Shown: positions 24,905 to 37,572 of the stretch, piece by piece
Layout: the number at the start of each line of letters is the position of its first letter
Numbering within the stretch: position 1 is the stretch's first letter
Program-made: the position numbers and the translations under genes
Source of the DNA: Eutreptiella sp. 'Long Island Sound 2002'
Taxonomy: Eukaryota; Protista; Euglenida
NCBI GenBank assembly: GCA_964036045.1
Contig: OZ038378.1
Coordinates: forward strand, 12,958,001-13,022,000
Reading direction: 5' to 3'
Length of the DNA: 64,000 nt
Notes under the pieces: generated by a model
Database searches by the model: none
The model's input: the letters and a program-made list of their open reading frames with translations, nothing else
What the model was told of the DNA's origin: nothing

Positions 24905-25362
24905 AGGGCAGCCCCCTCCCCCCCGCCCGCCCTTATTTTGAGGGCTGGCAACTAAAAAAAACATGTTTTGGAAGGTATTCGCATAGAGTAGGGCTGGGTT
25001 TTGGGGCCTACTAATGGGTTACAAAGGCTAAAAATAGGGCATGTCATCATCCTACGCAAATTGCTAAAATTGGTCATGTGAGCCATTATTCACCCCTAAA
25101 ACTGACTGTGAATGATGAAAACGAGCAAAAGGAAGAGGAATATTTCCAACTCGGGAGCTAAAGGGTAGGGAGGGGCTATTTTTAGGGGGTAGAATGGCTG
25201 TTTCTTAGCAATCTGGGTAGGATCCTATCAACAGTGATGTCCTACCCCATTTTTTCATAATTTTTTCCTCGTACAGCTCTCGCACTGTCCCAACCTTCTC
25301 CGAAGCATGTTTTTTTAATCTCCCCACCCCAAAAATAGGGGGGGGGGACCTCTAGCCCCCCC
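24905..25362. mobile_element. MITE-like element with imperfect ~70-bp terminal inverted repeats
   Basis: Left CCTTATTTTGAGGG...TAAAAAAAACATGTTTTGGAAGG versus right reverse complement CCTATTTTTGGGG...TTAAAAAAACATGCTTCGGAGAAGG; no coding capacity. Confidence 0.6.
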
Positions 25363-27078
25363 AAAAGCGCACCTGGTAATGCGGGAAGGAAGAGGGGGGG
25401 GGGGGGGAAGAATGGTCCATTGCCGCAGCAAGCAACACAGGAACCGTCCCAAACGGACGAAAGTCTCAAACATATCATCAGTACAGCATGCAGATCTGGG
25501 TGTGCTGAATAGCCATTTTCAAGGGCTTTCCGAATATACACCCCACACTCCCCCCTTGCGGACACTCAGTGGACACAAGTGAGGCAACATCGGCACCAAC
25601 CCCCAAAAAACCTCCGTGTTCCACAAATGTCGGCGATGCCGAGAGGTGTGCCCGGGATGCGAGCTGCATTGTGGTCTGACACCTTCCGCTGGCTGGCCCA
25701 AGTGAAAGCGGCATGGGGAAGCGGGCCCCCCTTTTGGGAACTGAGGCGTGGCTCATCTACGACTCAGTCCGAAACCCGCCGAAGGGCGGGTAGGCGTCAA
25801 CATCACAGACAGCCAAGACTATGCGATCAATGCAAATGCCGCCCCATTTTCGCTGCACCACGCTTCCAAAATCACAACGGAACACCACAAAAGTACTGCA
25901 TCATCCCTTGAAACGGGAGGGGGCCTTGGGGGGGGGGGGGGGTTCAGTGGGCTCCAATGTGACCTCTGGGACTTGACGCACGGGACTTTGGTTTCCACAC
26001 AAATGATCGTCCACAGAAAGATTGTTGGGCTGGTGTTATATGAACAGAAACCGAAACGCACATCACGAAACCGACACTGCAATGGAGAGGCTATGAGGGT
26101 CATTGCGGAGGCTCTCTGGGTATATGCCAAATCATCATCAGAAACGTTTGGCATCGATGTGTCAGAGGCAGATGTGCAACGTTTCAAAGTGCGGTGTGCG
26201 ACTCAGCCCTCGCGGAGGACAAAAATGAAACGCACGTCAAGCGTCGGTTCTGAGTTGTAGGGATTTGCTTTTAGGTCTGGATGTTGTGGGTCTTGCCGCC
26301 GTAGAATGTGGTCTTGATGATGGATTGCGTTGTTTCGCGTTGTGTTGTGCCTGTGTTGCATTGCATTGCGCTGAGAATCCTCCTCAAAGCAGAGAAGGTT
26401 TGCGACAAAAAAAAAGGCTTGAACGATAGCGGGGGTGGGGGGGGGGACCCTCTGGCAGGGTAAATTTCGTTAAAAAAAATGTGAGATTGAAGCAAGTTGC
26501 CTGCAACCAGACCTCCTGCCGCAGTGATAGGCGGGGCGGTGGTCTGGCTCAAGTCCTCTTATCCTCATGCACCACCTCCTCCAAAGCTGGGGTTGCATCT
26601 GTTCATCGGAGGGCCGCCACTGCCCTTGCCCCCTGCCCTACTGCCTGCCCCCTCGTAAGGGCCAGGTACACCTACTCCACCAACGGAGGCACGTGTTGGC
26701 CCATCAACCAAGCCGTCATCCGTGAACATAGTGCGAAAGAAATCATACACAAGCCAGGGGAGGCCTGGCAGTTGGGCCAACACAGACCCAGCATTGCACC
26801 CGGGGCTCCAATGGAGACGGGATGCAAAACGACTAAGCTGCTGCAAAGCTGGCGACGCTTGATCCTGTGGTGAATGAGCAAATGGGACTTGCACAGAGAA
26901 ATGCAAATAATGTGCGACATTATGGAGCCGGCTGGGCTGGGGGGGGGGGGGGGGGGCGTCCCAGGGCCCAGAGGGAGGGGGGGGGGGGCTGACTTGGGGT
27001 CAAGGGTAGGGCAGAGTCAAACCCTAACCCTAATCCTCAGGGGGAGTCCTTCCACTGCTTGCGCACTGCGCGTTACTG

Positions 27079-27348
27079 TTAGACTATGTTCCCCCCACAA
27101 AGAGGGTTGCAATCACCATCATCACCGGGGACATGGGAAGGGACTTCCGGAGATGGCAGGGATGAATCGAGACTAGGGATACCAAAGGAGATGGAGCCCA
27201 TGGGGCATCGATGATTGATGATCCGCACACCACCTTGATGATACTCCAACTCCACATATCCTTTGTCAGAATGGCCTACCACCTTTGCGGAAACCCGAAG
27301 CCCAGTCAACCTAGTGTAGAACACCTTGTCCCCGATCGTCAACTCCAT
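27079..27348 (-). other. Small Tudor/SH3-like beta-barrel ORF, probably a repeat-borne fragment
   Basis: MELTIGDKVFYTRLTGLRVSAKVVGHSDKGYVELEYHQGGVRIINHRC has a GDKV...AKVV...V.LEY pattern typical of small SH3-like barrels. Confidence 0.4.
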
Positions 27349-27539
27349 AACAAGTAGCAAAAGAGGTCTGAGGGCACGAGGGGGTCCCCAACAAGGGGAT
27401 GTGCCTAGCTTCAATGACACCAGGGACCTGTGCATCACCAACCAACAGTGGAACCAAGTGAGTCCAATATTGCATGAGGGACCAAGTCTCCTCGCTGTCA
27501 GGCTTTCCCTTCGCAACCAAGAATTAACCTAGAAAGGAG

Positions 27540-27760
27540 AACATGCGGGGAAATGAGCAAAAAATGCGCAACAATGGGTGAAAATAGGTGAAAATAGGTG
27601 AAATTGGGTGAAAAAATATGCCATAGGCCCGATGTAGAAGAAGCATCCAAACCCTGTTGTCACACAACAATGACGCCCTAGTACCATGAAGTATGGGTTT
27701 CTAGTACAGCCAAACAGCCAAATAGTTGCACGGCGCGTGCACTGCGTTGAGGGCACCTCA
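27540..27760 (+). repeat. Dispersed repeat; second copy at ~53530-53720
   Basis: Shared AAAATAGGTGAAA...AAATTGGGTGAAAA...CAACAATGA.GCCCTAGTACCA..AAGT.TGGGTTTCTAGTAC. Confidence 0.8.
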
Positions 27761-28693
27761 AGCTGACTAGGTAACAAGGGCAACACCATACATTGAGCAA
27801 CATGTGGTGGACATGCATGCATCAAGGACATTTTTGCAGTCAGCAACCATTGACCAAAATTTCCTTCCAGCTCCTTTAGTGCTAATCGAAATAATGGTCC
27901 CTGTCGATTAAGCCCTTTTCCCCAAACCCCCACCCCCACCCCCAGCAAAGGATTAGCAACGCAGGCAGAAACCGACCTATTGCCGTGCGGGCCCTACGTT
28001 GAAATGCACTATTGTTTCCACATTGAATCATTTGCTCGGGCACTAGAACACCCCCTTTTGTGGGTCTCACAGTGCGCTGGGGCATGACCAAACAGCCATT
28101 TTGTGCCAGATACGTGTTTTGTGAGGGGTCGCTGCTACTCAGTGCATGCACCCGCCCCCACATCCGGTGTTTCACCGGTGGTGCCAAGGGCTTTGGCTCC
28201 GGCCCCCCAGCTACTCAGCACCAGTTGCCTTTCACCTTGGTGTGGCAAGAGAGAGTTGGGGGGGGGGGGGCTACAGAAACAGGGAGCGAGGGAGGGGTGA
28301 GCCATAAGGTAACAAGGTGTAGCACATGTGTGCTCGACTTTTGTGGGGGGCCTTGAGCAGCAGAGCACAGACTGCTCTGGGATGAAGTGAACTGGGCACA
28401 GCTCGTGAGCTGGGCAGAGCCCTCACATCAAAATGCGGTACTCCATTTTGACTTCCAAACTTCATCATCTGCTAGGAACTGTTGTCCAGACTACACCCCT
28501 TTTTCCTCCTTTTACCAGTGCCTTGTACTCCAGGTGGCCTCACCAAAGACCCATTTCTACCAAAGCTGATATATTGCCTACTCAATATACATTACAATGG
28601 TCATTCTTCTAGTTCGTTGCAACGTGTTCAGCCTCAGCCGTCTTCTCAGTCTTCGTGGTGCAATACAACACGCAACAAAGCCTGGACGCACAC

Positions 28694-30439
28694 CTGTGCT
28701 GCGGTGCCGGATGCCCCGGATGCCCGACTGTTCGCGACAATCATTACTTTGCTGCCGTCTTCCATGCCAATATCTTTCAGTACAGCAGTGTTGTCCACCC
28801 AAAGCTTGCCTTTGAACACAACCTGGCGAGACAGTGCAAAGAGGCGTAGGGGCGGTCCATCGAGAACTAGAGATGTTACCACAGCCAGCGCACCCCATGA
28901 TATATGCAATAGGCCATGATGTCAGGAACCAGCATGATCCTGGCCTCATGGCAGACTTAATCAGTTCAGTGAGGGGGGAAGGGGGGTTAGACAACTGCTG
29001 TACCGTAAAGCCGCGGTGGCTCCGAGTGTGGAGGCCCAGCTGACCCTGTCCCAAGCCTCCCTGACGTTTTTGCAGTCTGAGCTGCCCTGCCTTACCCCAG
29101 CCAACCCCCACCACGGCCTCTGGCGATACACGCCCAGGGTACCTCCCGGAGCTGCGGCAGCAGTAAAACAGGGGGACGCGGATACATCTCTCCTGCTCCA
29201 AGTGTTTTTAGCGATAAAATTCAATTTTCGGACCATGCCTTTTCTTGACATTTTGCGGCAAAAAAGGGGCCGTGTTGTAGGCCATCACACCGCCCTCTAG
29301 AAAATTCCCGTCTCGGCGGTCATTTTGCAACCCTAAGGTCAAATACAATTGGTGGTACAATAAGAAGCGACCATGCGGCATTCCCGGCCAACCAGCTCCC
29401 ATGCCCCTCGCCTATCCTATGTGGGGGCTAACTGGCGGAAGTAGGATGGAGGGCGCCCGGCAGGGTGAGCTAGAAAGAAACTTAGTCCCAACTAGCTCGT
29501 CCCTCTCCCCACTGGTGCATTCTTCTCGCGCAGCACCACAAGCCACCTCACGTTCACTGGAACCTCCAATCCGTGGGCACTGCGCCATTTTTGGCTCCCT
29601 TCGCAGTGGAGCCCCCACTGGTCATGGGGGTGTTCACTGGGATGCTCCATCACAGGACTGGGGGATCCGCGGGTGCCGGGGGGGGGGGGGGCAACAACGG
29701 CCCAGGAGCTGCAGCATGGGTCAGGCTGTGTGGGGGATCATGGCCTTGTGCGGGGAAAGGGCAGAGGGACAAGGATCCTCCCCTCGCCCCCGAAACGAGG
29801 CAGACCCCTCTTCACCCCCATCCCCCACAGAGAGCGAGCACGAGGAGCGCGCGACTGGCCACAGCCATCACAGAGGACGTGCCGGGCGCGGCGCAGCCAT
29901 GTGGCCCGACGTGCCCACTGACAGACACCGTCGCCCGTCAACGAGGGCGAGCCCTGCCACAAGCACCGCCTCCCTCTCGCAACCTCCACCCCCTCCACCC
30001 CCCTCCCCCCGAGGCCCCAACACGTACGGGTCCCCCACGCACGTGCGCCATCGTGGGGCCAGGGGACTGTCAACAGTTGCGGGCGGCCTTCGGACCGGAC
30101 GTTCGGTGGAGTCAGGCTCAGCCGTAGGGCTACCGGGAACGCAACCAGCACCTTGAGCCACCGACCCCTCGCAAGGGGCTCAACCAGCCTCCTTCCCCTT
30201 CCCCGCCCCGCCCCCACACACAAATGACTGTGCCTCCTTCCGTCAGTGCCACTGCTGTCGTGGACACCGGGCCCGACTGAAAAGACTGAAGGGAATGCTG
30301 AGACCTTCACTTGCACATCGGGTGGATTGTCCAGCAGCCGTACGAGAAGCAGCTCCTTCAGGTCCCCGAGGGTGCACAACAAATCCACTGGAAAATCATG
30401 CGTGACCCCCTTGTGGACAATCTTCACAGAGTCGGGCAT
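28694..30439 (-). CDS. Ubiquitin-like-domain protein; exons 30305-30439 and 28694-28822; downstream exons not resolved
   Basis: Phase-0 GT-AG join gives MPDSVKIVHKGVTHDFPVDLLCTLGDLKELLLVRLLDNPPDVQVK|VVFKGKLWVDNTAVLKDIGMEDGSKVMIVAN, a UBL pattern (T.GDLK, P...Q.LxFKGK, LxDxGxxDGSKxMx). Confidence 0.85.
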
Positions 30440-32095
30440 GAGACTCCGATGTCTCGGTGTCTGTCCAAACAATAACCTGAGATGGAGGTGGCCCGGAAAC
30501 ACGGTCAGATCGGGTGGCGTGTAGCACTGCATGCAATGCGAGGCCCGGTGAAGAGGGCCATGGTCGTACGCGGCGTTGCATGGAAACGCATTGCACATGC
30601 TGAGGAGATCGCCCATTGGCCTCGGCCTCCGTGTGAGGAGCGTCAAAAATAGGGCAGACATATGTGGCGGTCTTTTTTTTTGTACTATGCGCTTTCCATT
30701 TTCGAACACATGCCATTGAGGTCTTACACCACACGCTCTACAGCCCTGCTGCAGCAGATGGCAGTGGCGAACCTGTGTGCAGTTGCATGATCAGCCGTCA
30801 GAAGAGAGTGCGCACGGGGGCGTGGGATGATGAAGGGTTGCACATTCCGGCGCCCACTAAACATGTGGCACGGGATGGCGCACAAACGAAAAAGAACACC
30901 AGCCCAATGCACTCAAATGCTGGTCGGTCTTCGCAGACAGGGCACACCGTGTGCACACCGAGTTTTCCTTCTTGCATCTGACCACAGCCGAGGTTTTCAC
31001 TTGTTTCAGCCGCCAGACCCGGTGGCAGATGCCTATTTGAATGTCGAAGAAATGTGCCTGTGGAACTGTCGTCAGTCTATTACATCACATGTCCAGTCCT
31101 CAGCGCTACCGCAGTGCAAGAGATGGCAATGCCGCCTGCCTCTGGAAGATCTGCAACGTGCGCACAGTGGACCCGCGTTACCCCACTGGAAACAACTGCC
31201 GAATTGACTGTTGAGCCGTAGTCGCACCTCAACGGGAATGCGAAACCGTGTATGATGGTGGATGCCCCCCGGCGTCGCATCAACCAACACGAACCGACAT
31301 CCGAGGGTCTGGAATATTGCATATTCAGTGGAGTGGAGGTGCGGTGTCAGGCTGACATGAGGGGAGAGACCTGGAGCACGTTCGAGTGACTCACAGAACA
31401 GGTGACGCGCTCACGTTGGGAGGGTGGGCCCACCGAATGAGGGCAGGCGGTGCATAGAAAGTACGCATTAGCACCTGCTTCTCACCGGGAATGATCGAAT
31501 CCGACACTCTAAATTCGTCGTTTGACTTCAGACCGTTGTACAGAAATGCATCATGTAACCATCGGGCACAACTTCAAAATACTGCATGGGCCCCTCCTAG
31601 TCCAGAGCTGCACCAGCACTATAAGAGCGATCTGCCCAAAGATGCCCCCAATTACCTTCGTTCAATTCTGCTTCACAGTGGGGGAGTGTATGCTGTGTGC
31701 TCTATCGGGAAGGATTTGGGATTCTGGTCTTCTAGAGGCGCTTCTCTAGGGGAGGGCAAAGCTGGGGCTGAGGTCCAGGACACTTAGCACCAAAGTAGCA
31801 CGCTGGGCAAAAGGCGAAGGCTGGGAATTCCACTTGCTCAACACATGTGACATGCATTGTGCATAAAAAAGAGTTTTGCTTCCACAAGTCACAAGTGGGT
31901 GAGTTAATACACTCAGCACAATGCACAAACGGCAACCAACCCCTCCGTCATCTTGGTGGCAATTGAGTTGCTTGCATCAGTATTCCAAGACATGACGGGG
32001 GAAAATGTTGCCTGGTCCACAATGAGGGTGACAGACCAGAAACTAAAACTGAAATGGCTACATAATCCTTGCTTCCTCGGGGGTCCCAGAGGGCC

Positions 32096-32290
32096 ACCAT
32101 TCGGACATGTCGGTGAGTTGGGATCTAACCAATGGCTCCTTGTAAAGCCCTTTTCATGACCAATTCGGAAAATATAGGTTTATAAGTTTTCAACGGAAAT
32201 TGAGTCGCCATTCGGACATATCGGTGAGTTGCGGCCAAACCAATGGCTCGTTGTAAAGCCATTATCATGACGATTTTGGAAAGTATAAGC
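32096..32290. repeat. ~111-bp-period imperfect tandem duplication
   Basis: CCATTCGGACAT.TCGGTGAGTTG...AACCAATGGCTC.TTGTAAAGCC occurs twice. Confidence 0.8.
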
Positions 32291-33914
32291 ATACCCCCCC
32301 CCCTCCGGAACGATATTATTGAGACATCAGCCCACCCGGCGCTAGTTCGGGGTTTCTGGGTACTTAGCCACCCCCCCCCCCCCCAGTGCACGCGGATTGT
32401 GTGCACGCTACCCCCCTTTCTGGTTTGCACACCAGGGAAAGTGTGCGCGAACACACTGGTCCATACGCTAGGGAGTTTGTGTGCACCCACCCCTTGTTCA
32501 GTCAGCCCGCTAGGGATTTTGTGCGCACAGTGTGCGCACAAAATCCCTGGTGTACTGACCGCACATGGGGTCGAGCGGTGTACACAAAATCCATGGTGTG
32601 TTGACCGAACTCCGTGGGGGAGGGATTTTTGCAGCATATGCATGACACATCTTAGCATGTAGCATACACAGGAGGATGTACGACAGTGTGTGTAGAACAA
32701 CCCGGTGACTAGATTGTGGGTGTGCTGCTAGAAACATATGCAGTGGTATGTTGTGCAGACGGGACATCAAACAGCATCGGTGAGTTCTGAAGATAGGAAT
32801 CACATTGGGCTACGAAAACCTAAGACCTAGGTCTGTGGAAGCCTAACATTCAGGCAAGGTAGTGTAATGTGGCCTTTTCATTTGGCCCCGTACCACTCCA
32901 GAATGTAGCCTGCTAATTACAGATCAGTACAAATACAGACCACAAATGAACACTCGGTCTTAAGTGGCATTCTCTTATTCATCATAGGCCCCCACAGGTG
33001 CATTTAGACGTGAGCGGATAATTTCTGGGACCTTCTTCGCTAATTGTTGTGTATTCCTCTCATGTGTTCCCTCCAGGGCTCCAAAAGGAGTGATAAGATG
33101 GCCATGTAGAGTGCATTCAAACGGCACCCTCGGCCTCACGCCCCAAATATACTCCCAACAATACTCCCAAATATTGCAGATATGCGACCATCTGTAACGC
33201 AAAACAAAACAGTTCAACATCTCCTCCAGGCCGACTTTGTCATGCAATCTACGGCTGGTCAATAGAGGGAGGCACCGAGGGAAGGTTGGTCTGTTGGTCA
33301 CGCGCCGAGCATCTTTTGGGGCTGAAGTGCCCGCGACCAACACTATACTGGGCAACCAATTCTATTCCTCCCCACTCTGGGAACCCGGGACTGCATGCAA
33401 CGTGTCATGGAGTGATCCTCCCAGCTTGAAAGTACAAGGTTGAGGACGGACAAGCAGGCTCCCAATTCACTTGTGCTGCAGCCGCTGGCTCGCACACTAG
33501 TACCCCAGGCCAACTTCAACCATCAACATTTGAGGCACATTTGACAACGCACGCATGACTCTGAACGTGTTTCCACATTGTCCTCACTCACTGCGTTCTT
33601 GGAGACCACTGCAACGAGGGATATACGATGGCTCTACTATGGAATGCCCAGATCAGAGAGTTGACAATTTGGTTGGTAAGGGCAAGGTATGGTGGGGTAT
33701 GGTATGGTCAGGCAGGCTCCCCCTATTGAACACTACTGGCAAGGGCCATGGAATAGATTCACTCAGAGAGCGCTGTGCATCGACTCGAAGACGAAGATAA
33801 AATGGTGTCACGTATAGAACCGACCAGAGATTGAGGGCCAGCCAAGAGCTGCAGGGTGGACAGAGGGGGGAACAGCATCTCCTACATTGACGGCAGCGGT
33901 GCTGTGTGCGTCCT

Positions 33915-33959
33915 GTTTACGGCATTCTCATTCATTCGTCACAGCCCTGTCCTGCATAA
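33915..33959 (-). repeat. Split direct repeat B2 (3' terminus); identical B1 at 34146-34190 overlaps A2 by GTT
   Basis: GTTTACGGCATTCTCATTCATTCGTCACAGCCCTGTCCTGCATAA is present twice. Confidence 0.97.
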
Positions 33960-34206
33960 GTACTTGCAAAGTACTGCATATTTACAGGCAGCCAACGAGG
34001 GCCAGTTCAGTCTGAAGACTGATTCAAGTAGACTGGGGGGCGGGCGGGTGGGGCTGTGAGGCTAGCTTGCCACACAGAGAAACCGGCTAAGCAGAATGGG
34101 ACAAATACGTAAACGCGTATTTGCTCGCTTCGCTCGCAAACACACGTTTACGGCATTCTCATTCATTCGTCACAGCCCTGTCCTGCATAAAATGTAATTT
34201 ACCGTG

Positions 34207-37200
34207 TCACCCACGATACTTGGTCTGTGCCACAAACTGTGGCACAAAAGGTGAAGCCAGCAGTCTGCTATACACGGTCCAGGCCTCCAAATCGGTAAGA
34301 ATGGGAGTGGGGTATTTCCACCACCGTGATGGGGGGTCAGCAGGATTGAAGGCACTGGGGACCCAATAACATGCCAGCTGTAACCCAGACCAGCGTAAAA
34401 TATGCTGTAACTGACGCAGTAATCTCAATTGTGCAGGACAACGAAACTTAGCTTTACCGGAAATTGCAGTGCAAATTGCGGCTTGGTTGTCTATTAGCAA
34501 GTTCAATGAATGATGGCCTTTGTATGCGGCCACTCGTGCTGCGTTAACAACAGCCGCAAGCTCAGCAGCTTGCTGTGTGTGCACCCAATCAGGGAGCTGG
34601 AAAGTCTTAGGCCGCATGTAGGGGCTCCAGATGGCACCCCAGTATCCCGTCCAGGTGCCTGCTGCATCTACAAACCACGTGGGGCCACACGGGGGGGTAA
34701 CCGGCGCGGTCCAAGGCACAATGGCAGCAGCTGCTGCCTCAGCAAGCGCACGCAAAACTGCCGGGGGCGTGCACTTTGCCACTGGAGGCCCCTGCTGAAG
34801 CCATGCATACGGCCCTGCCAAAAAGGCAGCGGCTCCGCGGCCAGGTCGTAGAGCCCACTGCAGTTTGCCCAAAAGGCGCTGTAACAGTGTGCTCTGGTAA
34901 CCTCGTGTACCAAGCTTAATCCAGAGCACGACGACTCCCACCAAATACTGGGTCCCGGTGGCAACAACTCCACGCAGGCCATCAAAATGTTTGCCCATCC
35001 AGGTGACTGTATGCTTAGGGTCTACATCGGATTTAGCACTAACTACCCAACGATGTGTTTGAAACTGGTGAATTAGGTGGTCCGTTTGATGTTGAACATG
35101 TTGTTTGTCAGGTCCTACCACTAGAATATCGTCCATATATTGGATCACGACTGTCTCCCCCGGGTACAATTGCTGAATGTAAAGCGCAAGCAACTGCTGA
35201 GCAATTGCGGGGCTGGCGTTCCAGCCAAAAGGCAATCCCGGAAATGAGAAGACTTTTCCACAAACTCCAATACGGACAGCATGCCTGTGCTCTGCTGGCA
35301 CTTTACAACTCCAAAACATATTACTGATGTCTAGTTTAGTGAAATACAAGGGTCGACCCCTAAGCAGAGCTACAGTAATTACATGCGCCAGTGAATCTAA
35401 ACTTGGGAGGGTAAATGGGGGGGGGGGCAAACAACGGTCATTGATGGGAATCATATTTACAATCAAGGCACACTTTTGGGCTGACTTAGGTTTGAGATAT
35501 GCTTTGGCATTTGGGCGCAAATGGGGGGGGCATTCACACAGCAGTCCTGACGCCTCTAATTTAGAAGCCAACATGAGCAGCAGTGGATCATGGGAGTGGC
35601 ACTGGGGTGGTGCCTGCTCAGTGGCCCACGTGTAGTTAGCCGGCGCACAGGACTGCCACAGAGGCTGGGGTATGTCAACATGTCCCGCATCGCCCAATCC
35701 GCGCTGCACCATGTCAGGGGTTACCGATGCTTGCGAAGGGGTACCCTCCGTCGGGCTGGTGTCGGTGCTGTGGTTGGGGCGTGCTGTGGGAGAGGTGTCG
35801 GAGATTACGGACGGATCTGTGGCCAGCTGGTGTAGTAGTTGGTGTACAGGCGCCAATGGCGAAGGCGGCGGCTCCGGCGGCGGTTGGGGTGAATGGTTCG
35901 GGGACGGGGGTGGTGTCACACTTGGGGAAGGTGGGTTGGGGGGGGGGTCCACTGGTAGGCGGTTCACCATCAACACAATCAAATCCCGCAACAACATAGT
36001 CACATTCGTCACCGACACTTTCAATTTCTGGGCAATGAGCTCTGCACTCCGTTGGAGATGTTGTTGTATGGGGATGTGACATATACTGCACGGGCTCCGA
36101 TGCAGTTTCGCGCAACCACAAAGGTCGCCAATGTGCATATGCATCCCCGCGCCGAGGCGCGGTGAGCTCATAGCCATGGTGTGGTGTGGGATCCGAAGTG
36201 GGTTGATGCCCACACATAGGACGTTTTGCTGGGGGTTCGCTGATGGGCCCTGCAGGTCGCACGGTTCCCATACGGCCCTCCAAACCGCCAGTGCTGCCAT
36301 GATGAACCCCATCTGGTACTTGTGAAGATGGTAAAGGCGTCGGAGCCACAGCGCTAGCAACAGCACCCATGCTTGGACACCCACCAGGAGCAGTTGCAGG
36401 GCATGTCGCCAGTGGCTCACTGGCAGGGGGTGGTGTAGTAACTCCATGGTGGATTGCATGATTTGCCGTTGGTGGTGCCTCCATCGATTCTGATTGCGCC
36501 ATCGACGTCGACTCTGAGCACTGAGACTGCACATCCGATCTATCGGTATCGGTGGACTCACCGATGGACGGTGTCTCGTCGCTCTCGCGGCCTGTGGACG
36601 AGGGTTGGTATGTGGCTGCATAAGCGAGTTCCAACTGCTGTGGTGCACGGACGGGAGCCGTGCATGGCTTGGCAAACGTATCACGCGGCCATAATTCGGA
36701 TAGCCGTACAAGCCGCCATTCCATATCGCGCACGGGGCTGTTGGTGGTAGCCACGGGGTACGGGAGCTGGACTCGGTCAGGTAGGCGCCATGCGGGTGGG
36801 GCATGGGAGTAGCGTCTGGGTTGATGTGGGGAATGCCACCTTCCCCACCGCTGGAGGGAGGACAGTGCTCCTCCCAGTAGGATGAACAACGCTGCGCCCA
36901 ACTTTTTCCACCCATGCCATCGCACTTCAGCCAGCTCTTCGTATCGCAGGAGGTCCGCCATTGCACGTTGGAGTTCCCGCGCGCCCCCTGGGATGACGGC
37001 AGCATCCCAGGGGACGTCACTCCTTTTACATGCGACAATGTACGCTCGCCAGGTGTCCATGTAGTCACTGAGGGGATAGCTGACGAGCTCTCTATTAATT
37101 TTATGGTCGTAAAATGTGATCCAGCCAGGGATCTGCAACCAGCGCCATTGGATTCCGGCTGCGTCTTGCACTCGCCAAAGGTAGATGGTGCTGGCCATAA

Positions 37201-37572
37201 TGAGGAAATACAGGCGGGCCCACCCCCAATACATGCGCAATCTTCCGATGGACTGGACATGCTGTATTGTTGCCCAGGGTTTTGGGATGGTGCGGTGGGA
37301 TGTATATTTGACGATTGCCGATAGGGTGAGGCGATGGGACTCTGTGAGGACTTCGGGGATGAGCGAGAGTCTTTGGCACATAATGATAGCTGAGACGAGT
37401 ATTTTTGCTGCGGATGGTGACCTGCGGGTCGCTGCCAGGTGTAGGAGCCGAAGGGATATGGCGTCTGCGAGGGTGCTGTCGGGGGGTGCATGTGCGAGGA
37501 GCTGCCGAAGGGCGCTGAGATAGGTGCGGATAGTACCGGGTTCCCATTTTCGGAGCATGGTGGATACCGCAT
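34207..37572 (-). CDS. pol: Reverse transcriptase / RNase H (1121-aa ORF; conserved domains in the C-terminal ~450 aa)
   Basis: YFTKLDISNMFWS, GLPFGWNASPAIAQ, QYMDDILV; RNase H FVDAA, QQAAELAAV, LIDNQAA, YWVPSAFNPADPPSR. Confidence 0.95.
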   Translation of the reverse strand: MRYPPCSENGNPVLSAPISAPFGSSSHMHPPTAPSQTPYPFGSYTWQRPAGHHPQQKYSSQLSLCAKDSRSSPKSSQSPIASPYRQSSNIHPTAPSQNPGQQYSMSSPSEDCACIGGGPACISSLWPAPSTFGECKTQPESNGAGCRSLAGSHFTTIKLIESSSAIPSVTTWTPGERTLSHVKGVTSPGMLPSSQGARGNSNVQWRTSCDTKSWLKCDGMGGKSWAQRCSSYWEEHCPPSSGGEGGIPHINPDATPMPHPHGAYLTESSSRTPWLPPTAPCAIWNGGLYGYPNYGRVIRLPSHARLPSVHHSSWNSLMQPHTNPRPQAARATRHRPSVSPPIPIDRMCSLSAQSRRRWRNQNRWRHHQRQIMQSTMELLHHPLPVSHWRHALQLLLVGVQAWVLLLALWLRRLYHLHKYQMGFIMAALAVWRAVWEPCDLQGPSANPQQNVLCVGINPLRIPHHTMAMSSPRLGAGMHMHIGDLCGCAKLHRSPCSICHIPIQQHLQRSAELIAQKLKVSVTNVTMLLRDLIVLMVNRLPVDPPPNPPSPSVTPPPSPNHSPQPPPEPPPSPLAPVHQLLHQLATDPSVISDTSPTARPNHSTDTSPTEGTPSQASVTPDMVQRGLGDAGHVDIPQPLWQSCAPANYTWATEQAPPQCHSHDPLLLMLASKLEASGLLCECPPHLRPNAKAYLKPKSAQKCALIVNMIPINDRCLPPPPFTLPSLDSLAHVITVALLRGRPLYFTKLDISNMFWSCKVPAEHRHAVRIGVCGKVFSFPGLPFGWNASPAIAQQLLALYIQQLYPGETVVIQYMDDILVVGPDKQHVQHQTDHLIHQFQTHRWVVSAKSDVDPKHTVTWMGKHFDGLRGVVATGTQYLVGVVVLWIKLGTRGYQSTLLQRLLGKLQWALRPGRGAAAFLAGPYAWLQQGPPVAKCTPPAVLRALAEAAAAAIVPWTAPVTPPCGPTWFVDAAGTWTGYWGAIWSPYMRPKTFQLPDWVHTQQAAELAAVVNAARVAAYKGHHSLNLLIDNQAAICTAISGKAKFRCPAQLRLLRQLQHILRWSGLQLACYWVPSAFNPADPPSRWWKYPTPILTDLEAWTVYSRLLASPFVPQFVAQTKYRG

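Noticed and set aside
25748-26260. 170-aa ORF as a gene or transposase
   Set aside because: Interrupted by a poly-G tract, with no recognisable motif or splice signals that I can support.
26565-26906. FTDD as a LINE RT YADD motif
   Set aside because: The upstream QGxPLSP motif is absent, so support is insufficient.
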